From a virus (lineage: Duplodnaviria > Caudoviricetes): DNA of 64,000 nucleotides. Shown here one piece after another: positions 29,962-40,113 of the stretch. Made by a program: the position numbers and the translations under genes. Where the stretch lies: positions 32,001-96,000 of IMG/VR virus record IMGVR_UViG_3300025066_000012; one strand, 5' to 3'. A model generated the notes under the pieces. It was not told the DNA's origin and made no database searches. It saw only the letters and a program-made list of their open reading frames with translations. How positions within the stretch are numbered: position 1 is the first letter of the stretch; the number at the start of each line of letters is the position of its first letter.

Positions 29962-30981
29962 TTATTTGCTCAAAATATGTGTAGAACTCTCGAACTGTCC
30001 AGCGTTAGTTTGTCTTACAAAGATGGCCTTTTCTTGCAATTCTCGAACAGTCCTCGCTCCAGAATAAGAAAGTCCAGAGCGAATACCTCTTTCCAAATCG
30101 GCTAACACGTCTGCCACAGGCCCCTTGTATTGTACGGTCGTTGCTATGCCCTCTGCCGAGGCTTGCCGCCCGCGCCAATCCATCTGAGCATCTTTAGAGG
30201 CCATTCCTCGATAAGACTTAACTCTGCCCTCATTCGTTATAAGTATTTCGCCAGGAGTTTCGTCCGTTCCAGAGAGCAGTGAGCCAATCATTACAAAGCT
30301 TGCTCCTGCGGCAAGAGCCTTAACTATGTCTCCAGAGTTGCGAATACCACCATCTGCGATGATTGGCGCACAATAACTTGACTGAGAACAATCGATAATA
30401 GATTGTAACGCAGGCACTCCGTGTCCCGTCTGAATTCTTGTGCTACAGATGCTGCCTGAACCTATTCCCGTCCTTATGCTATCTGCTCCCCAATCAACCA
30501 AAGATTCATATCCATCTTTCGTTGCGACATTTCCGGCCATTATATGAATCAAACTTCCAAATTCTTTTTTCAAATTTCTTAAAGCAGTCTTCATCAGAAT
30601 GTGATCGCCATGTGCCGTGTCAACGCAGATGGTTCTAACGCCAGCATCTACGAGTGTGCGCGCACGCTGAAGCTCATCTGTTGACGTTCCTATTGCGGCA
30701 GCTATATGCGTTACGGCTCCTGAGCTAATGGCCTTTTTTGCAATCAAAGCCTGCCGCTCAGGCGTGTTGTACCTGTGAACAATTGAAAGACCGCCAGCCT
30801 TGCCCATTGCTATAGACATTTTTTCTTCTGTGATCGTATCCATTGGGCTTGATATAATCGGCAGCCTAAATTCAACATCGCCAAGCAAAGTGGTCGTGCT
30901 AACTTCTTTCCTGCTGCGTATATCTGAATATTGAGGCGCAATTAAAACGTCTCCATAGCTTAATGCTTCTTTAAATTTCAT
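29962..30981 (-). CDS. IMP dehydrogenase / GMP reductase family enzyme (no CBS domains)
   Basis: [29 protein letters not shown] (catalytic Cys), IIADGGI, YRGMAS, AEG; lacks the IMPDH flap Arg-Tyr. Confidence 0.93.
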   Translation of the reverse strand: MKFKEALSYGDVLIAPQYSDIRSRKEVSTTTLLGDVEFRLPIISSPMDTITEEKMSIAMGKAGGLSIVHRYNTPERQALIAKKAISSGAVTHIAAAIGTSTDELQRARTLVDAGVRTICVDTAHGDHILMKTALRNLKKEFGSLIHIMAGNVATKDGYESLVDWGADSIRTGIGSGSICSTRIQTGHGVPALQSIIDCSQSSYCAPIIADGGIRNSGDIVKALAAGASFVMIGSLLSGTDETPGEILITNEGRVKSYRGMASKDAQMDWRGRQASAEGIATTVQYKGPVADVLADLERGIRSGLSYSGARTVRELQEKAIFVRQTNAGQFESSTHILSK

Positions 30982-31026
30982 TCTTTTTCATCCTCGTGGC
31001 GAGGTTAAGCCCCGCCGCATCGTTCG

Positions 31027-31263
31027 TCAATCTTCCTTTTGAGTATTTGGACTTCCATTTTTGACACACTTCAGCAGTTTTTTTAATGCTATTACATTAA
31101 AATATTCGTCTTTAGCATTCTCAAAAAAACTAATTGTATCATGGCAATATTCGCATAGAAAGCTTTGTCTTTTCTCCCCAGACTCCACCGTGCAATCGTT
31201 TTCGCGATTACCATATTTACATCCATGAACAGAGCAGCAATGCTCGGTGTGTACGTCGCTCAT
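31027..31263 (-). CDS. Cys/His-rich hypothetical protein
   Basis: HTEHCCSVHGCKYG...C...CEYC. Confidence 0.7.
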   Translation of the reverse strand: MSDVHTEHCCSVHGCKYGNRENDCTVESGEKRQSFLCEYCHDTISFFENAKDEYFNVIALKKLLKCVKNGSPNTQKED

Positions 31264-31923
31264 CTAACAAGCTGCCCAACCGCCGACAACCCAAGCTATC
31301 TTCCTGCTTGGCCTTTGCGCGCCAGCATCCTCCACTTTCGCTATCGCCTTAGACTCTTTTTCTGACCAAGAAGCCACTCTCTTGACAGCTGTCTCGCTAA
31401 GTAAGTTAGAGCTACAAAGCGGACACTTTGGAAGTTGCGGATAAGATATATAACTTGACAATGCTTCTGACTTAATTGGGAAATTATATTTTGCTTTAAG
31501 TCTGTCTAAGCTAAGACGCGAAGAGCATGTTGAACACCCGACAAATGTTGATTTTCTGTTGAAAAATGATTCACACAAAGTCGTCATTCCGTGATACTTC
31601 TTTTCTTTGGTCTTTCTCAGCACTAACTTTGCATCTTCAATCTTCTTATTTTACCTCTCTGTTAGAGAAAGGGGAACAAAGAAGGAACATGCAATAGCGC
31701 TATCTCGCTTGTTATGATACTCCAAGATATAATCTCGAGCTTCAGATTCAGAGTTAAAGCTATGACCCTGAAAGCGAACCCCTCGGGCGAAGGTTGTTGA
31801 GTTACCGGCGTAAGCACCAGAGCCAGACTCATAGGTATCTTCTTCTACACAGTTATCCCATGCCGTCCGAACACCCTCTCTGTCTGATGCATTTACTCTA
31901 ATGATATAATCATGTGCTCCCAT
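31264..31923 (-). CDS. Hypothetical Zn-ribbon protein split by one in-frame TAA (31653-31651)
   Basis: ORFs 31651..31923 and 31264..31623 share a frame: ...LSLTER*NKKIEDAKLVLRK...CSTC...CPLC...WVVGGWAAC. Confidence 0.65.
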
Positions 31924-31924
31924 A

Positions 31925-32188
31925 TTATTCTCCCTCTTTGCTAGAACGCAAGTCTGTTGCTATCAATTTTTTATCCCAAGCCTTATTAAATTCTTCTTTT
32001 AGAAAATTACTAATTGCAGAGTCATCATATTCCCACCCTACAACTTCGCCATGAGACAAACCTTTGGCCGCCTCTGTAACAAGATATTCATCAATTGCTC
32101 CCTTATCATTTATATCGAAGTCGCTCAAATCTATATCGACTTCCGCTTCATGAGTAAGGATATAATCTATGGTTATTTTAATTTTCAT
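31925..32188 (-). CDS. Hypothetical protein
   Basis: Coupled ORF. Confidence 0.65.
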   Translation of the reverse strand: MKIKITIDYILTHEAEVDIDLSDFDINDKGAIDEYLVTEAAKGLSHGEVVGWEYDDSAISNFLKEEFNKAWDKKLIATDLRSSKEGE

Positions 32189-32412
32189 TAATTAACCCAT
32201 TCTCTCAAGTCAATAATGTCATACCAATCATAATGGCACCCGCGAATTTCCCACTCTCCGAGCCAATGACCATGCAGACCTTTCTGAGAAGCTTTGCTCT
32301 TTAACTCAACCTCCGCTCTCGCCTCTTCCTTCGTCTCAAACGTGGCAATCCAATCTTCTGTCCCGGGCGATGGATAATAATTATCTCCTGCTATTAAAAG
32401 AAACTTTTTCAT
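32188..32412 (-). CDS. Hypothetical protein
   Basis: Coupled ORF, YYP.PG..DW motif. Confidence 0.7.
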   Translation of the reverse strand: MKKFLLIAGDNYYPSPGTEDWIATFETKEEARAEVELKSKASQKGLHGHWLGEWEIRGCHYDWYDIIDLREWVN

Positions 32413-33389
32413 TACTTTGTAACTCCAAAATGTTCTTTATAAATATTGATAATGAACTCTTCTATCTTCTCTCTATTAGATTCCTCGGGAAGAGAGCTAT
32501 TTTCAACAGCCTTCTCTAGTAACTCCAGCCTATTATCAATTTCATTAGAAACTTCTTTAGCTGGAATATCTCCCTTGCGAACCTCTAATAAAAAACTTCT
32601 ATCCAAAAGAGGCATGGTTATATTTCCCGTCCTCATTAACTCAATCGCTTCGCCAGCGACTCTTAGTGCGTGCATCATAGCCTTATAGTCTGCTCCATCT
32701 GCATCGGCAGCGGCCCTAGCTCGCCTCCCATGTTTATTCTTAGCCGGATATAAGACATTGTCAAGAGAATAGCCTATCCTTGTTGTCATAGGGAGATATC
32801 TCCCGCAAACCGTAAGGGCTAGAATCTTTTTACCATCACCTGTGCCAACTTCAATTTCTCGCAACTCTATATGCTCTCTTGAACATAGAGATCCCAAAGC
32901 ATCTATGTGAAGCTCCAATCTATCTTCTGGTGGAAGCCTCTCAAACAAATCTATAGCAGCCTCTACGTCATTTAGCCTATCTCCCTTAACAGAATATCTC
33001 GATGCTTGGCTGCGACAATATCCTACCATAGCTTTGATCTTCCTATTTAACAGATGTGGCTTAAGCTCGATAACTCTATCCCAAATAGGAGAGCTTTCAA
33101 TCCAGAATTCTTCCGGAGTAAACAGCATATCTATTGCGTTGGTTTGACCTTGCATACAAAGATCTAGAAATCTTCCTAATTCAATTGATTCCATATCAAT
33201 ATCTTCTGATGTATTTTTTCCGGCAGAGCTAGTCGATGCGGTGATTCTCTTTCCTTTGAACAAAGCCATGTCATCAAAGCTGGACAAAAATACCTGCTTG
33301 TAATCTGTATCTGAGGTGGGCAGGTTTGTGCCATAAACTCTGCTTCCAAAAAGCATTTTTACGATTATCTTCATTCTATGCTCCTGCAA
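32412..33389 (-). CDS. Pol-beta-superfamily nucleotidyltransferase (T4 NrdC.11/YcgL-like)
   Basis: FGSRVYGTNLPTSDTDYKQVF; DYKAMMHALRV; LLEVRKG. Confidence 0.88.
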   Translation of the reverse strand: MQEHRMKIIVKMLFGSRVYGTNLPTSDTDYKQVFLSSFDDMALFKGKRITASTSSAGKNTSEDIDMESIELGRFLDLCMQGQTNAIDMLFTPEEFWIESSPIWDRVIELKPHLLNRKIKAMVGYCRSQASRYSVKGDRLNDVEAAIDLFERLPPEDRLELHIDALGSLCSREHIELREIEVGTGDGKKILALTVCGRYLPMTTRIGYSLDNVLYPAKNKHGRRARAAADADGADYKAMMHALRVAGEAIELMRTGNITMPLLDRSFLLEVRKGDIPAKEVSNEIDNRLELLEKAVENSSLPEESNREKIEEFIINIYKEHFGVTK

Positions 33390-33400
33390 ATCCTATCTCA

Positions 33401-33967
33401 TTACAAAACTTCATCTATAACACCAAGAGATAAAGCTTCCTCTGCGGTCATAAACCAATCAATCTTATTCTTTAAGATCTTTTTGAGCTTCTTTTTTGTA
33501 ATGCTTGTTTTCTCTAAAGTGATATCCTCAATCTTTTGTTGAAGCCTTCTGGTTTCTACAATCTTCTCTTCTAAGTCTTGTATTTTTCCCCAGAATCCGG
33601 TTGATACCTGATGATACAGTGGAGTTGAGTGGGCGTATCCGAATCTCTTATGTCCAGAGATAAGAATCATAAAGCCACAAGACATTGCCGCACCAGTTAC
33701 GATTGTGTAAATGGGAGTCTTGCTGCTCTCCATAATGCCAAGCAATCCCAAGCACTGGTAAACTGCCCCACCGTAAGAATCAATATACATCTTAATAGGA
33801 TTTGGAACATACTTTATGTTATATATTCCATACATCTTTTTTAGAAAGGCATCATGTTCGTTTATCAAAACAATGCTCTTAGTCAAATCATTCATGGACT
33901 TTTGATCAACCTGACTCGGAAGATAAAGATTCCTCTCTTTGGGGGCCGGAAGTGTCGCTGAGTCCAT
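33401..33967 (-). CDS. clpP: ClpP-family serine protease
   Basis: YIDSYGG.V, GAAMSCG (Ser), LYHQ (His), DWFMTAEEAL.LGVIDEV; AAGGAGG SD before the ATG at 33967. Confidence 0.9.
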   Translation of the reverse strand: MDSATLPAPKERNLYLPSQVDQKSMNDLTKSIVLINEHDAFLKKMYGIYNIKYVPNPIKMYIDSYGGAVYQCLGLLGIMESSKTPIYTIVTGAAMSCGFMILISGHKRFGYAHSTPLYHQVSTGFWGKIQDLEEKIVETRRLQQKIEDITLEKTSITKKKLKKILKNKIDWFMTAEEALSLGVIDEVL

Positions 33968-33968
33968 T

Positions 33969-34199
33969 TTATTTTTCCTCCTTACTTCCGTAAACATCAT
34001 CTAGCCACTCTTGGATAGTTGCGCCAGCTTCATACTCCCAAATGCCCTCTTCGTTTTTACGCCTTATATCAATTCTTACAAAGCCGCAGTCCTTGCACGC
34101 GTCTGCGAGTGAGTCTGGCATGTGAAACCACTCAACCGTTTTGTTGCAGCAGTTACAATGATCGCCCAATACTATTTGTCCGTCAAATTCATGCGGCAT
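33969..34199 (-). CDS. Small Zn-ribbon hypothetical protein
   Basis: CNCC...CKDCG. Confidence 0.6.
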   Translation of the reverse strand: MPHEFDGQIVLGDHCNCCNKTVEWFHMPDSLADACKDCGFVRIDIRRKNEEGIWEYEAGATIQEWLDDVYGSKEEK

Positions 34200-34422
34200 T
34201 TTTATAAATCTCCATAGAAGTTTCCTTCGCTTCTGCTAGACTGCGACAGTAGCCTCTTGCAACACAGACTGGCGGGGTATCGCCAAACCCAAGGTCTAGC
34301 TCATACCTCATTATAACCCAACTATATTTCTCGGAACTATCTTTTGTTATCTCTACGCTGGAGAATCCATCACCAGCAGACCAGACCGTTCTCTTATTCC
34401 ACTTCATTTTAAATAATCCCAT
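34189..34422 (-). CDS. Hypothetical protein
   Basis: Coupled ORF. Confidence 0.6.
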   Translation of the reverse strand: MGLFKMKWNKRTVWSAGDGFSSVEITKDSSEKYSWVIMRYELDLGFGDTPPVCVARGYCRSLAEAKETSMEIYKNAA

Positions 34423-35062
34423 CTGGAAGCATACCAGCCTCTTTCATTGCTTTGATCGTTAGTGGAAAACTCCCTTCGGCAGCAACTAGCGTTAGCATTT
34501 TTTCAGCTATAGTTCTAATTTCTACCTGAGAGTGCTCGCTGTTTCTTAGTTTCTGAAAGTGAGCGAATGATCTCCAGTTAAACATAACATCGCATGTAAT
34601 TTGGATTCCATATGGAAGATAGAATCTGGCGCTCTCTTTCGCCCTCTTTCTTGAAACTCCAGACTTTTCTAATCGTTCAATACAAGAATGATACCTCAAG
34701 AAAGACGCCTCTATGTGTGCCCTAAGCGCACACTGCTGTGCTACAGGCCAATCATTTGGAATGTAATAGTCATCAGAAACAAATTCCCGATAACGTGCCG
34801 ATTGACCATTCAAGCTCACACCTATTCTGTGCTTTAGAAGGTGAATGTGTGACGCAATGTCTGATTTAACTAAGAAATGTAGACTTGACTTCTCGTAAGG
34901 CGTGTGATGGCCCTCTTTCGCCAACATAGACAAGAGACTTCCGATTCTGCCCCTCTTTTTCTCTGTTAATTCACGACTTGTACTTGTCCAAGCTGACAAC
35001 GCATGTGTCTCATCTGTCCCGTATACACCTACAAGCTCTACGCTATTCTCGTAATTCATCAT
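34409..35062 (-). CDS. thyX: Flavin-dependent thymidylate synthase
   Basis: GHHTPYE, KHRIGVSLNGQSARY, ESARFYLP, NWRSF.HF.KLRNSEHSQ.EIR. Confidence 0.93.
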   Translation of the reverse strand: MMNYENSVELVGVYGTDETHALSAWTSTSRELTEKKRGRIGSLLSMLAKEGHHTPYEKSSLHFLVKSDIASHIHLLKHRIGVSLNGQSARYREFVSDDYYIPNDWPVAQQCALRAHIEASFLRYHSCIERLEKSGVSRKRAKESARFYLPYGIQITCDVMFNWRSFAHFQKLRNSEHSQVEIRTIAEKMLTLVAAEGSFPLTIKAMKEAGMLPDGII

Positions 35063-35200
35063 TCAACTCCTTTCCGCCCACACTGACCCGGGCAAAATCT
35101 TCACATCCGCTTATCCTAATTAATTGATCAAGCAACCACCCACTTAACCATGCCCATAAGGCCCACCCGCTACAAGCGGGGTAACTTCATTTTGCAATCT

Positions 35201-35392
35201 TCAAAGAGGAAGAGTATCTCCATACTCTGGCACTCTTCCGAATCTCCAAGTTGATTTCCTTATTGTTCTGTATCCATTTCCATCATTCACAAACTCTAAT
35301 GCTTCCTCTTCCATTTCAGGAGGAAAGACCGCCTGAACTATTATTGGAACATCAGGAGCAGTCGCAAAAACAAAAAGCCAATAATCTTGCAT
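35201..35392 (-). CDS. Hypothetical protein
   Basis: Coupled 63-aa ORF. Confidence 0.6.
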   Translation of the reverse strand: MQDYWLFVFATAPDVPIIVQAVFPPEMEEEALEFVNDGNGYRTIRKSTWRFGRVPEYGDTLPL

Positions 35393-36586
35393 TTATTCAC
35401 CCCTACAGATAACCGTAAACTGTTTCTCTTGGTCAAAGATTCTATTGGCAGCAGAAGTTATACCTGACGGCGTAACCGCCTCGACGCTCTTCATATGATC
35501 TTCGATAGAGGATAGCCCGTCGAGCCTACGCTTAATTGCCCAAAAAGCTAAGCTATAGCTATCTTCCATAGCAGAGTAGAAAGAGGACTTTATTTTATTC
35601 TTGGCCCTCTGAACTTCCTCTTCACTAGGCATATCCAATTTAATCCTAGTTAGCTCCGTGTCTACAATTTCTATAGCCGGAGTTATATTCTCTTCTCTTG
35701 TAGAAAACTCAATCATAGAAGCGGCTCCACCCTGGAAGTCTGTTGTTCCGGCAGAGATACTATATACCAATCCGCGCTTCTCTCTTACCTCTTCAAATAA
35801 TCTAGAATCCATACCTCTTCCTAGGACAGCTGATAGCACCATGATTTCGCTATCAATCTCAGAGTTCGTCGGAACGGACGGCATAGCCAACCAAACATAA
35901 GAGTGCTCCACTCCGCCCTTAACAAGCTCCCCGTATCGCCTGCCGAGATAGTTTGACCCCTTAAACTTGTGTGGATTTCTAGTTCTTCCAGACGCCTTAC
36001 CAAAGTATTTATTTAGAAGAGCCTTTGAATTCTTCTTGTTCAGATTACTGCAGATAGAAACTATAGCATCTTTTCTGTTGCAAAATTGAGCATGGAAGCG
36101 CCTTACTTCGTCTACTGTAAATTTCGATATAGACTCCTGTGTTCCGATTACTGGATTAGATAAATAGTTATCAAAGAATTCATCAGAAAACATATTCCAC
36201 ATGTATGAAGAGACGGCATCTAATGATGACATTTCCTCTTCTTTTACTACCTCTATCTCTCTAATTACATCTTCATCTGGAAAGATTGGATTAAAAATCA
36301 TATCCGACAGAATGTCCATGCATGGTTCTAGATTTTCATAGGGAACAGAAATATAATAAGCGACTGCCTCGTGCGATGTAAACGCATTAGAGTGGCCGCC
36401 GTAGAATCCTATTTGCCTCTGAATGTCGTATGCAGTTCTTGCGGCCGTTCCTTTGAACAAGGAGTGTTCTAGCATATGAGCTATGCCAGGATTATATCCG
36501 CCTTTCTCTTCCACTCTGGCCCCGGCATTAAATGCCACTATGATTGTAGCAATCCTACTGTGCGTTTTTGATATTTCATGTATCAT
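35393..36586 (-). CDS. M16 (pitrilysin/insulinase) zinc peptidase
   Basis: GIAHMLEHSLFKGT (HxxEH), NAFTS, SRLFEEVREKRGLVY. Confidence 0.95.
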   Translation of the reverse strand: MIHEISKTHSRIATIIVAFNAGARVEEKGGYNPGIAHMLEHSLFKGTAARTAYDIQRQIGFYGGHSNAFTSHEAVAYYISVPYENLEPCMDILSDMIFNPIFPDEDVIREIEVVKEEEMSSLDAVSSYMWNMFSDEFFDNYLSNPVIGTQESISKFTVDEVRRFHAQFCNRKDAIVSICSNLNKKNSKALLNKYFGKASGRTRNPHKFKGSNYLGRRYGELVKGGVEHSYVWLAMPSVPTNSEIDSEIMVLSAVLGRGMDSRLFEEVREKRGLVYSISAGTTDFQGGAASMIEFSTREENITPAIEIVDTELTRIKLDMPSEEEVQRAKNKIKSSFYSAMEDSYSLAFWAIKRRLDGLSSIEDHMKSVEAVTPSGITSAANRIFDQEKQFTVICRGE

Positions 36587-36604
36587 ATTTTCTTTATTAA
36601 CTCC

Positions 36605-36643
36605 AAAAAAAGGAGGCGAAGGTTAGACCCTTCGCCTCCTTTT
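36605..36643 (-). terminator. Intrinsic terminator
   Basis: AAAAGGAGGCGAAGG-loop-CCTTCGCCTCC followed by T7. Confidence 0.9.
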
Positions 36644-36678
36644 AACAGAAGCAAAAGCTTCTGGTATATTTTAGACAG

Positions 36679-37815
36679 TTATTTCTTTTCGTCAATAACA
36701 ACTTTCTTTCCGTAGGGAAAATTAACTCCCTCATCCTGCTTACATACGGCCCAAAGAACCCTTGCTCGCGGCTTTGCCGGGAACGGGGCATAACCATCTG
36801 TAAAGACAGCAAGTCCGTCATACTTCTTCTCATCAACTAGCTGAATCACAGGATGGAAACACGTACCTCCGCGACCCTTAATGGCAATCTTTGCAGTCTT
36901 CTTTGAGAAGGGCTTAGGCTTACCATAAATCTTAGTATCAAACTGAATGAAGTCAACTTCAACGTGGTCAATCATTCCGTTTAATTCTGTCGCAAAGTAT
37001 TCCAGTTGCTTATTAGAAACAGAGCCAGAGGTATCAAAAGCGACAAGCAGCTTGCTTGTATAATTGCGCTTTGTTCCGGGTGACTGAAACTCATAGCGTC
37101 GGTTAGGGCGCATACGAGTGTTCTTTCGACCCATCATTACCAGCTTGTTAATAAACCAGCGAACCTCTTTCTTCCAGTTTACCTTCGGCTTGTTTGCGGC
37201 GATAATCTGTGCAGCAATGCCACCGGGAATGTTGCCCCAACCCTTCTTTTCCTGGGCCTTAATCGCCTTCTCTGCGATACCTCTAATCTTCTCTTCGACA
37301 ATATCACCATCAAAGTCGCCCCACATTGAGTGGTCGTCAACGGTATCTCCGTACTTGTCACCAAGTCCATCAAATCCGCCCTCTTTGTCGGCCTCTTTCT
37401 TTAGACTTTCATAGTACCACTCTGCCGACTGATTATCAGGAAGCCCAAGTGTAGAGGGATAAACAGCCCCCTCTGGCAGACCCTCAATGTGACAGTTAAT
37501 AGCACTGTCGGCAGCAATGTTATAGCCCTTCGCGTTATATGCGAAGTGCTTTGAGCGAGTAAGGTGGTGAAGCAGAATGTGCAGAGCCTCATGCTTTAGC
37601 ACACCGCGAAGCTCAGTTGCGGTTAGCTTCTGAACAAACTCGGGGTTGTAATATAGTGCTAGGTCTACACGGCGGATAACTCCAACCGCCATTGTGGGCA
37701 GGTCCAGCCGCTCCTTCTTGTTCAGAAAGAGGAATACCTCTCCGTAAAGAGGTTGAAACGCAATCAGCTTAGAGATAGCTGAGTCGAGCTTATTTTTAAC
37801 GCTAGTGTTTGCCAT
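36679..37815 (-). CDS. DUF2201-type metallopeptidase plus vWA domain protein
   Basis: HEALH, N.AAD.AIN, DDHSMW, DTSGS MIDAS, GRGGT, FTDG. Confidence 0.9.
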   Translation of the reverse strand: MANTSVKNKLDSAISKLIAFQPLYGEVFLFLNKKERLDLPTMAVGVIRRVDLALYYNPEFVQKLTATELRGVLKHEALHILLHHLTRSKHFAYNAKGYNIAADSAINCHIEGLPEGAVYPSTLGLPDNQSAEWYYESLKKEADKEGGFDGLGDKYGDTVDDHSMWGDFDGDIVEEKIRGIAEKAIKAQEKKGWGNIPGGIAAQIIAANKPKVNWKKEVRWFINKLVMMGRKNTRMRPNRRYEFQSPGTKRNYTSKLLVAFDTSGSVSNKQLEYFATELNGMIDHVEVDFIQFDTKIYGKPKPFSKKTAKIAIKGRGGTCFHPVIQLVDEKKYDGLAVFTDGYAPFPAKPRARVLWAVCKQDEGVNFPYGKKVVIDEKK

Positions 37816-37887
37816 AATAATACTCCAATGTATTTAAAGAGAAAGTTTAGACACCTGATAACCCTATGCCTACCTGTGGGCGCAAAA

Positions 37888-38964
37888 TTACTTTGAGAGA
37901 TAAATCTGCTTTAGATGCTCTCGGAAGTCATCATCACTCTGCCAATCCATGACAATCTTCTTCGTCTTTGCTCCGGCAAGCATGGCTACCCATGCCTGAG
38001 AAGCAACATCATTCGGAAGCATCATAAAGAATGCACGAAGGTTTGCACGCTGCTTATCCTTCATCTTTGTGAGGCTTCGGCTGTTTACCTCAGCGACAAC
38101 CGACCTAGACATAGCGGCGATAACCTCAATGTCGTTGCAGGCCGACTCAACCTTTGACTTAACCTTATCGAAGGTGTCAATGATTTCTTCCGGGCGAAGA
38201 TGCGAGAACTCATTGGTCAGAAACTTCTGGAAGGAAATGGCGATTTCTCGCCCCAACCAACCCTTCGTAACCTGAGTTAGCATTCCATCGTCAGTCCGAC
38301 TATCTAGGTTCATGTGGATAAGGGTGTCGCTGAACGCAACCCAACTTCTGCGAGAGGGATACACTCGGCCAGCCTCAAGGTTTCCAACCGGAGGGTCGAG
38401 AAGGTTCTGGTTGCGGTTGACGAATTCAACAACAGCCTTATGAACCTTTTCATTTCGAGCCCAATCCATCCACTCAATAGCTGAGGGGTCAAAGTCGATG
38501 TGGAACCAGCGATCATTAAGCGCCGGGTCTAGCTCGACAACATCGTAATCATCGTCTGAGTTTACAGCAGAGACTACACGCCAACCGTCAGGCAGCTTCT
38601 CTCCGTCCAAACGACGGTCGAGACAAATCTCGAAAACAGCCTGTAGCACATCCTTTGATGCCCGGTTAAGCTCGTCAAAGAAAAGGATTCCCTTTGAATC
38701 CTGAGCGCGGGGCCACCATTCCTGCTTAAGAAAGCGAATGATGTTCTTTGCCTCATCCTTATGGGGCATACCCTTAATGTCTCCAACCTCACACTGAGAG
38801 AGCCTTACGTCAAAAAAGCCATAAGTATCGCCAGTTTCGGCTTCTAGTTCGTATGCCACCTGTCGAACGACAGAGGACTTTCCAACACCATGCTTCGCGT
38901 GAAGCATGATGCTTTTATCATAAGGCATATTCTTTAGAATTTCCTTGGTCTGACTAATGTTCAC
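37888..38964 (-). CDS. MoxR-like AAA+ ATPase
   Basis: HGVGKS, LFFDELNRA, VSAVN, LDPALNDRW, PSRRSW; adjacent to vWA partner. Confidence 0.9.
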   Translation of the reverse strand: MNISQTKEILKNMPYDKSIMLHAKHGVGKSSVVRQVAYELEAETGDTYGFFDVRLSQCEVGDIKGMPHKDEAKNIIRFLKQEWWPRAQDSKGILFFDELNRASKDVLQAVFEICLDRRLDGEKLPDGWRVVSAVNSDDDYDVVELDPALNDRWFHIDFDPSAIEWMDWARNEKVHKAVVEFVNRNQNLLDPPVGNLEAGRVYPSRRSWVAFSDTLIHMNLDSRTDDGMLTQVTKGWLGREIAISFQKFLTNEFSHLRPEEIIDTFDKVKSKVESACNDIEVIAAMSRSVVAEVNSRSLTKMKDKQRANLRAFFMMLPNDVASQAWVAMLAGAKTKKIVMDWQSDDDFREHLKQIYLSK

Positions 38965-39014
38965 AACGTATCTCCTAGCAGCGGTTACAGTTCGTGGAGG
39001 ATTCCACCCCCCTA

Positions 39015-39044
39015 TATAGTAGGCTCCCGAATGATATTAGAAAA
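39015..39044 (-). promoter_or_regulatory. Phage promoter motif A, copy 1
   Basis: TTTTCTAATAT-N10-CCTACTATA. Confidence 0.75.
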
Positions 39045-39115
39045 ATATCAAATGCTGCTTATCTTCGTAGTAAATGGTTATTTCGAGAAACCAAGGGGAC
39101 CATCCCCTCACAGCA

Positions 39116-39146
39116 CTATAGTAGGGCAATATGTTATATCAGAAAA
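39116..39146 (-). promoter_or_regulatory. Phage promoter motif A, copy 2
   Basis: TTTTCTGATAT-N10-CCTACTATAG. Confidence 0.75.
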
Positions 39147-39149
39147 TAT

Positions 39150-39494
39150 CTATTCGCTTGTCTCTTCGGATGTTAGGCTCGATAAGTCTGGCGGAAGAAT
39201 AGACTTAAGATCCGTTAATTTTTCTCGAAAAGACTGCAAGGCCGACGTTAAGTCTGCTAGCTGTCCTTGCTCATCGTCACCGGCTTCGGACCCGGCCTCT
39301 GCTGAGTTCGTTAGTGACGACATAACGTCCCGAATCAAACTAAAGTCAAGGGCTCCTAGTAAGCCCCCATCTTCGCCTATCATATTACTTGCAAAGTTGG
39401 TTGCCTCATCAAATCTTGCCTCTATGTTTTCAAGACGCTCATCTATTGATGATAACTTTTCTCTGACAAATGCTTCAAACGCTATACTTGACAT
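39150..39494 (-). CDS. Acidic coiled-coil hypothetical protein
   Basis: 114-aa ORF with AAGGA SD. Confidence 0.7.
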   Translation of the reverse strand: MSSIAFEAFVREKLSSIDERLENIEARFDEATNFASNMIGEDGGLLGALDFSLIRDVMSSLTNSAEAGSEAGDDEQGQLADLTSALQSFREKLTDLKSILPPDLSSLTSEETSE

Positions 39495-39507
39495 GTTTAT
39501 TCCTTGT

Positions 39508-40113
39508 TTAATCAGTGTTTTTGTCTATGTACGATTCGAATCTCTTTGAGAAGGATTCTGAATCACTTCCATAGTGGGAGGCCAGACATTGCCTGTCCCA
39601 CATATAATGTGCAATTTCATGAGCCAGGGACAGATAGTTTAGCCTAGGTGATAAATCTGTCAAAAGGATAGATGAATTACCTCTAATCTCAGGGGTTGCA
39701 TCATAGAAGGCATACACCCTTCCTCCCTCCCATCCAATGGATTTAAAGTAATCAGCAAATCTACTTGAAGAAGACATTTCCTTGCTGCCTATAATAAAGA
39801 TGTTTAAATTAAATCCGCTTTGGCAGTCTGAACCCCGAAGCCCATCACTAAGCAAATATAAAGAATAATACGATACAATCTCTTCTAGAGCAGACTTTAT
39901 GTCTACCAATGGATATGCCGTAGTTAATGCTAAATATTTGCTACTCTGAAACGATACAGTATAACTTATCATCAAATTAGCTGTACCGGCGTAATCGCTT
40001 ACACTATGTGTCGTTTTTAGGTCTGCTATATATCTGGACTTATGTGGCTCGGCAAATGCCGAAGAGAATCCAAATATTATTATAGCACTAACGATCAGTA
40101 GTTTTTCTATCAT
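39508..40113 (-). CDS. Putative secreted HExxH metallopeptidase
   Basis: Signal-peptide-like N-terminus (..SAFA), LAHEIAH, downstream SE.F. Confidence 0.65.
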   Translation of the reverse strand: MIEKLLIVSAIIIFGFSSAFAEPHKSRYIADLKTTHSVSDYAGTANLMISYTVSFQSSKYLALTTAYPLVDIKSALEEIVSYYSLYLLSDGLRGSDCQSGFNLNIFIIGSKEMSSSSRFADYFKSIGWEGGRVYAFYDATPEIRGNSSILLTDLSPRLNYLSLAHEIAHYMWDRQCLASHYGSDSESFSKRFESYIDKNTD

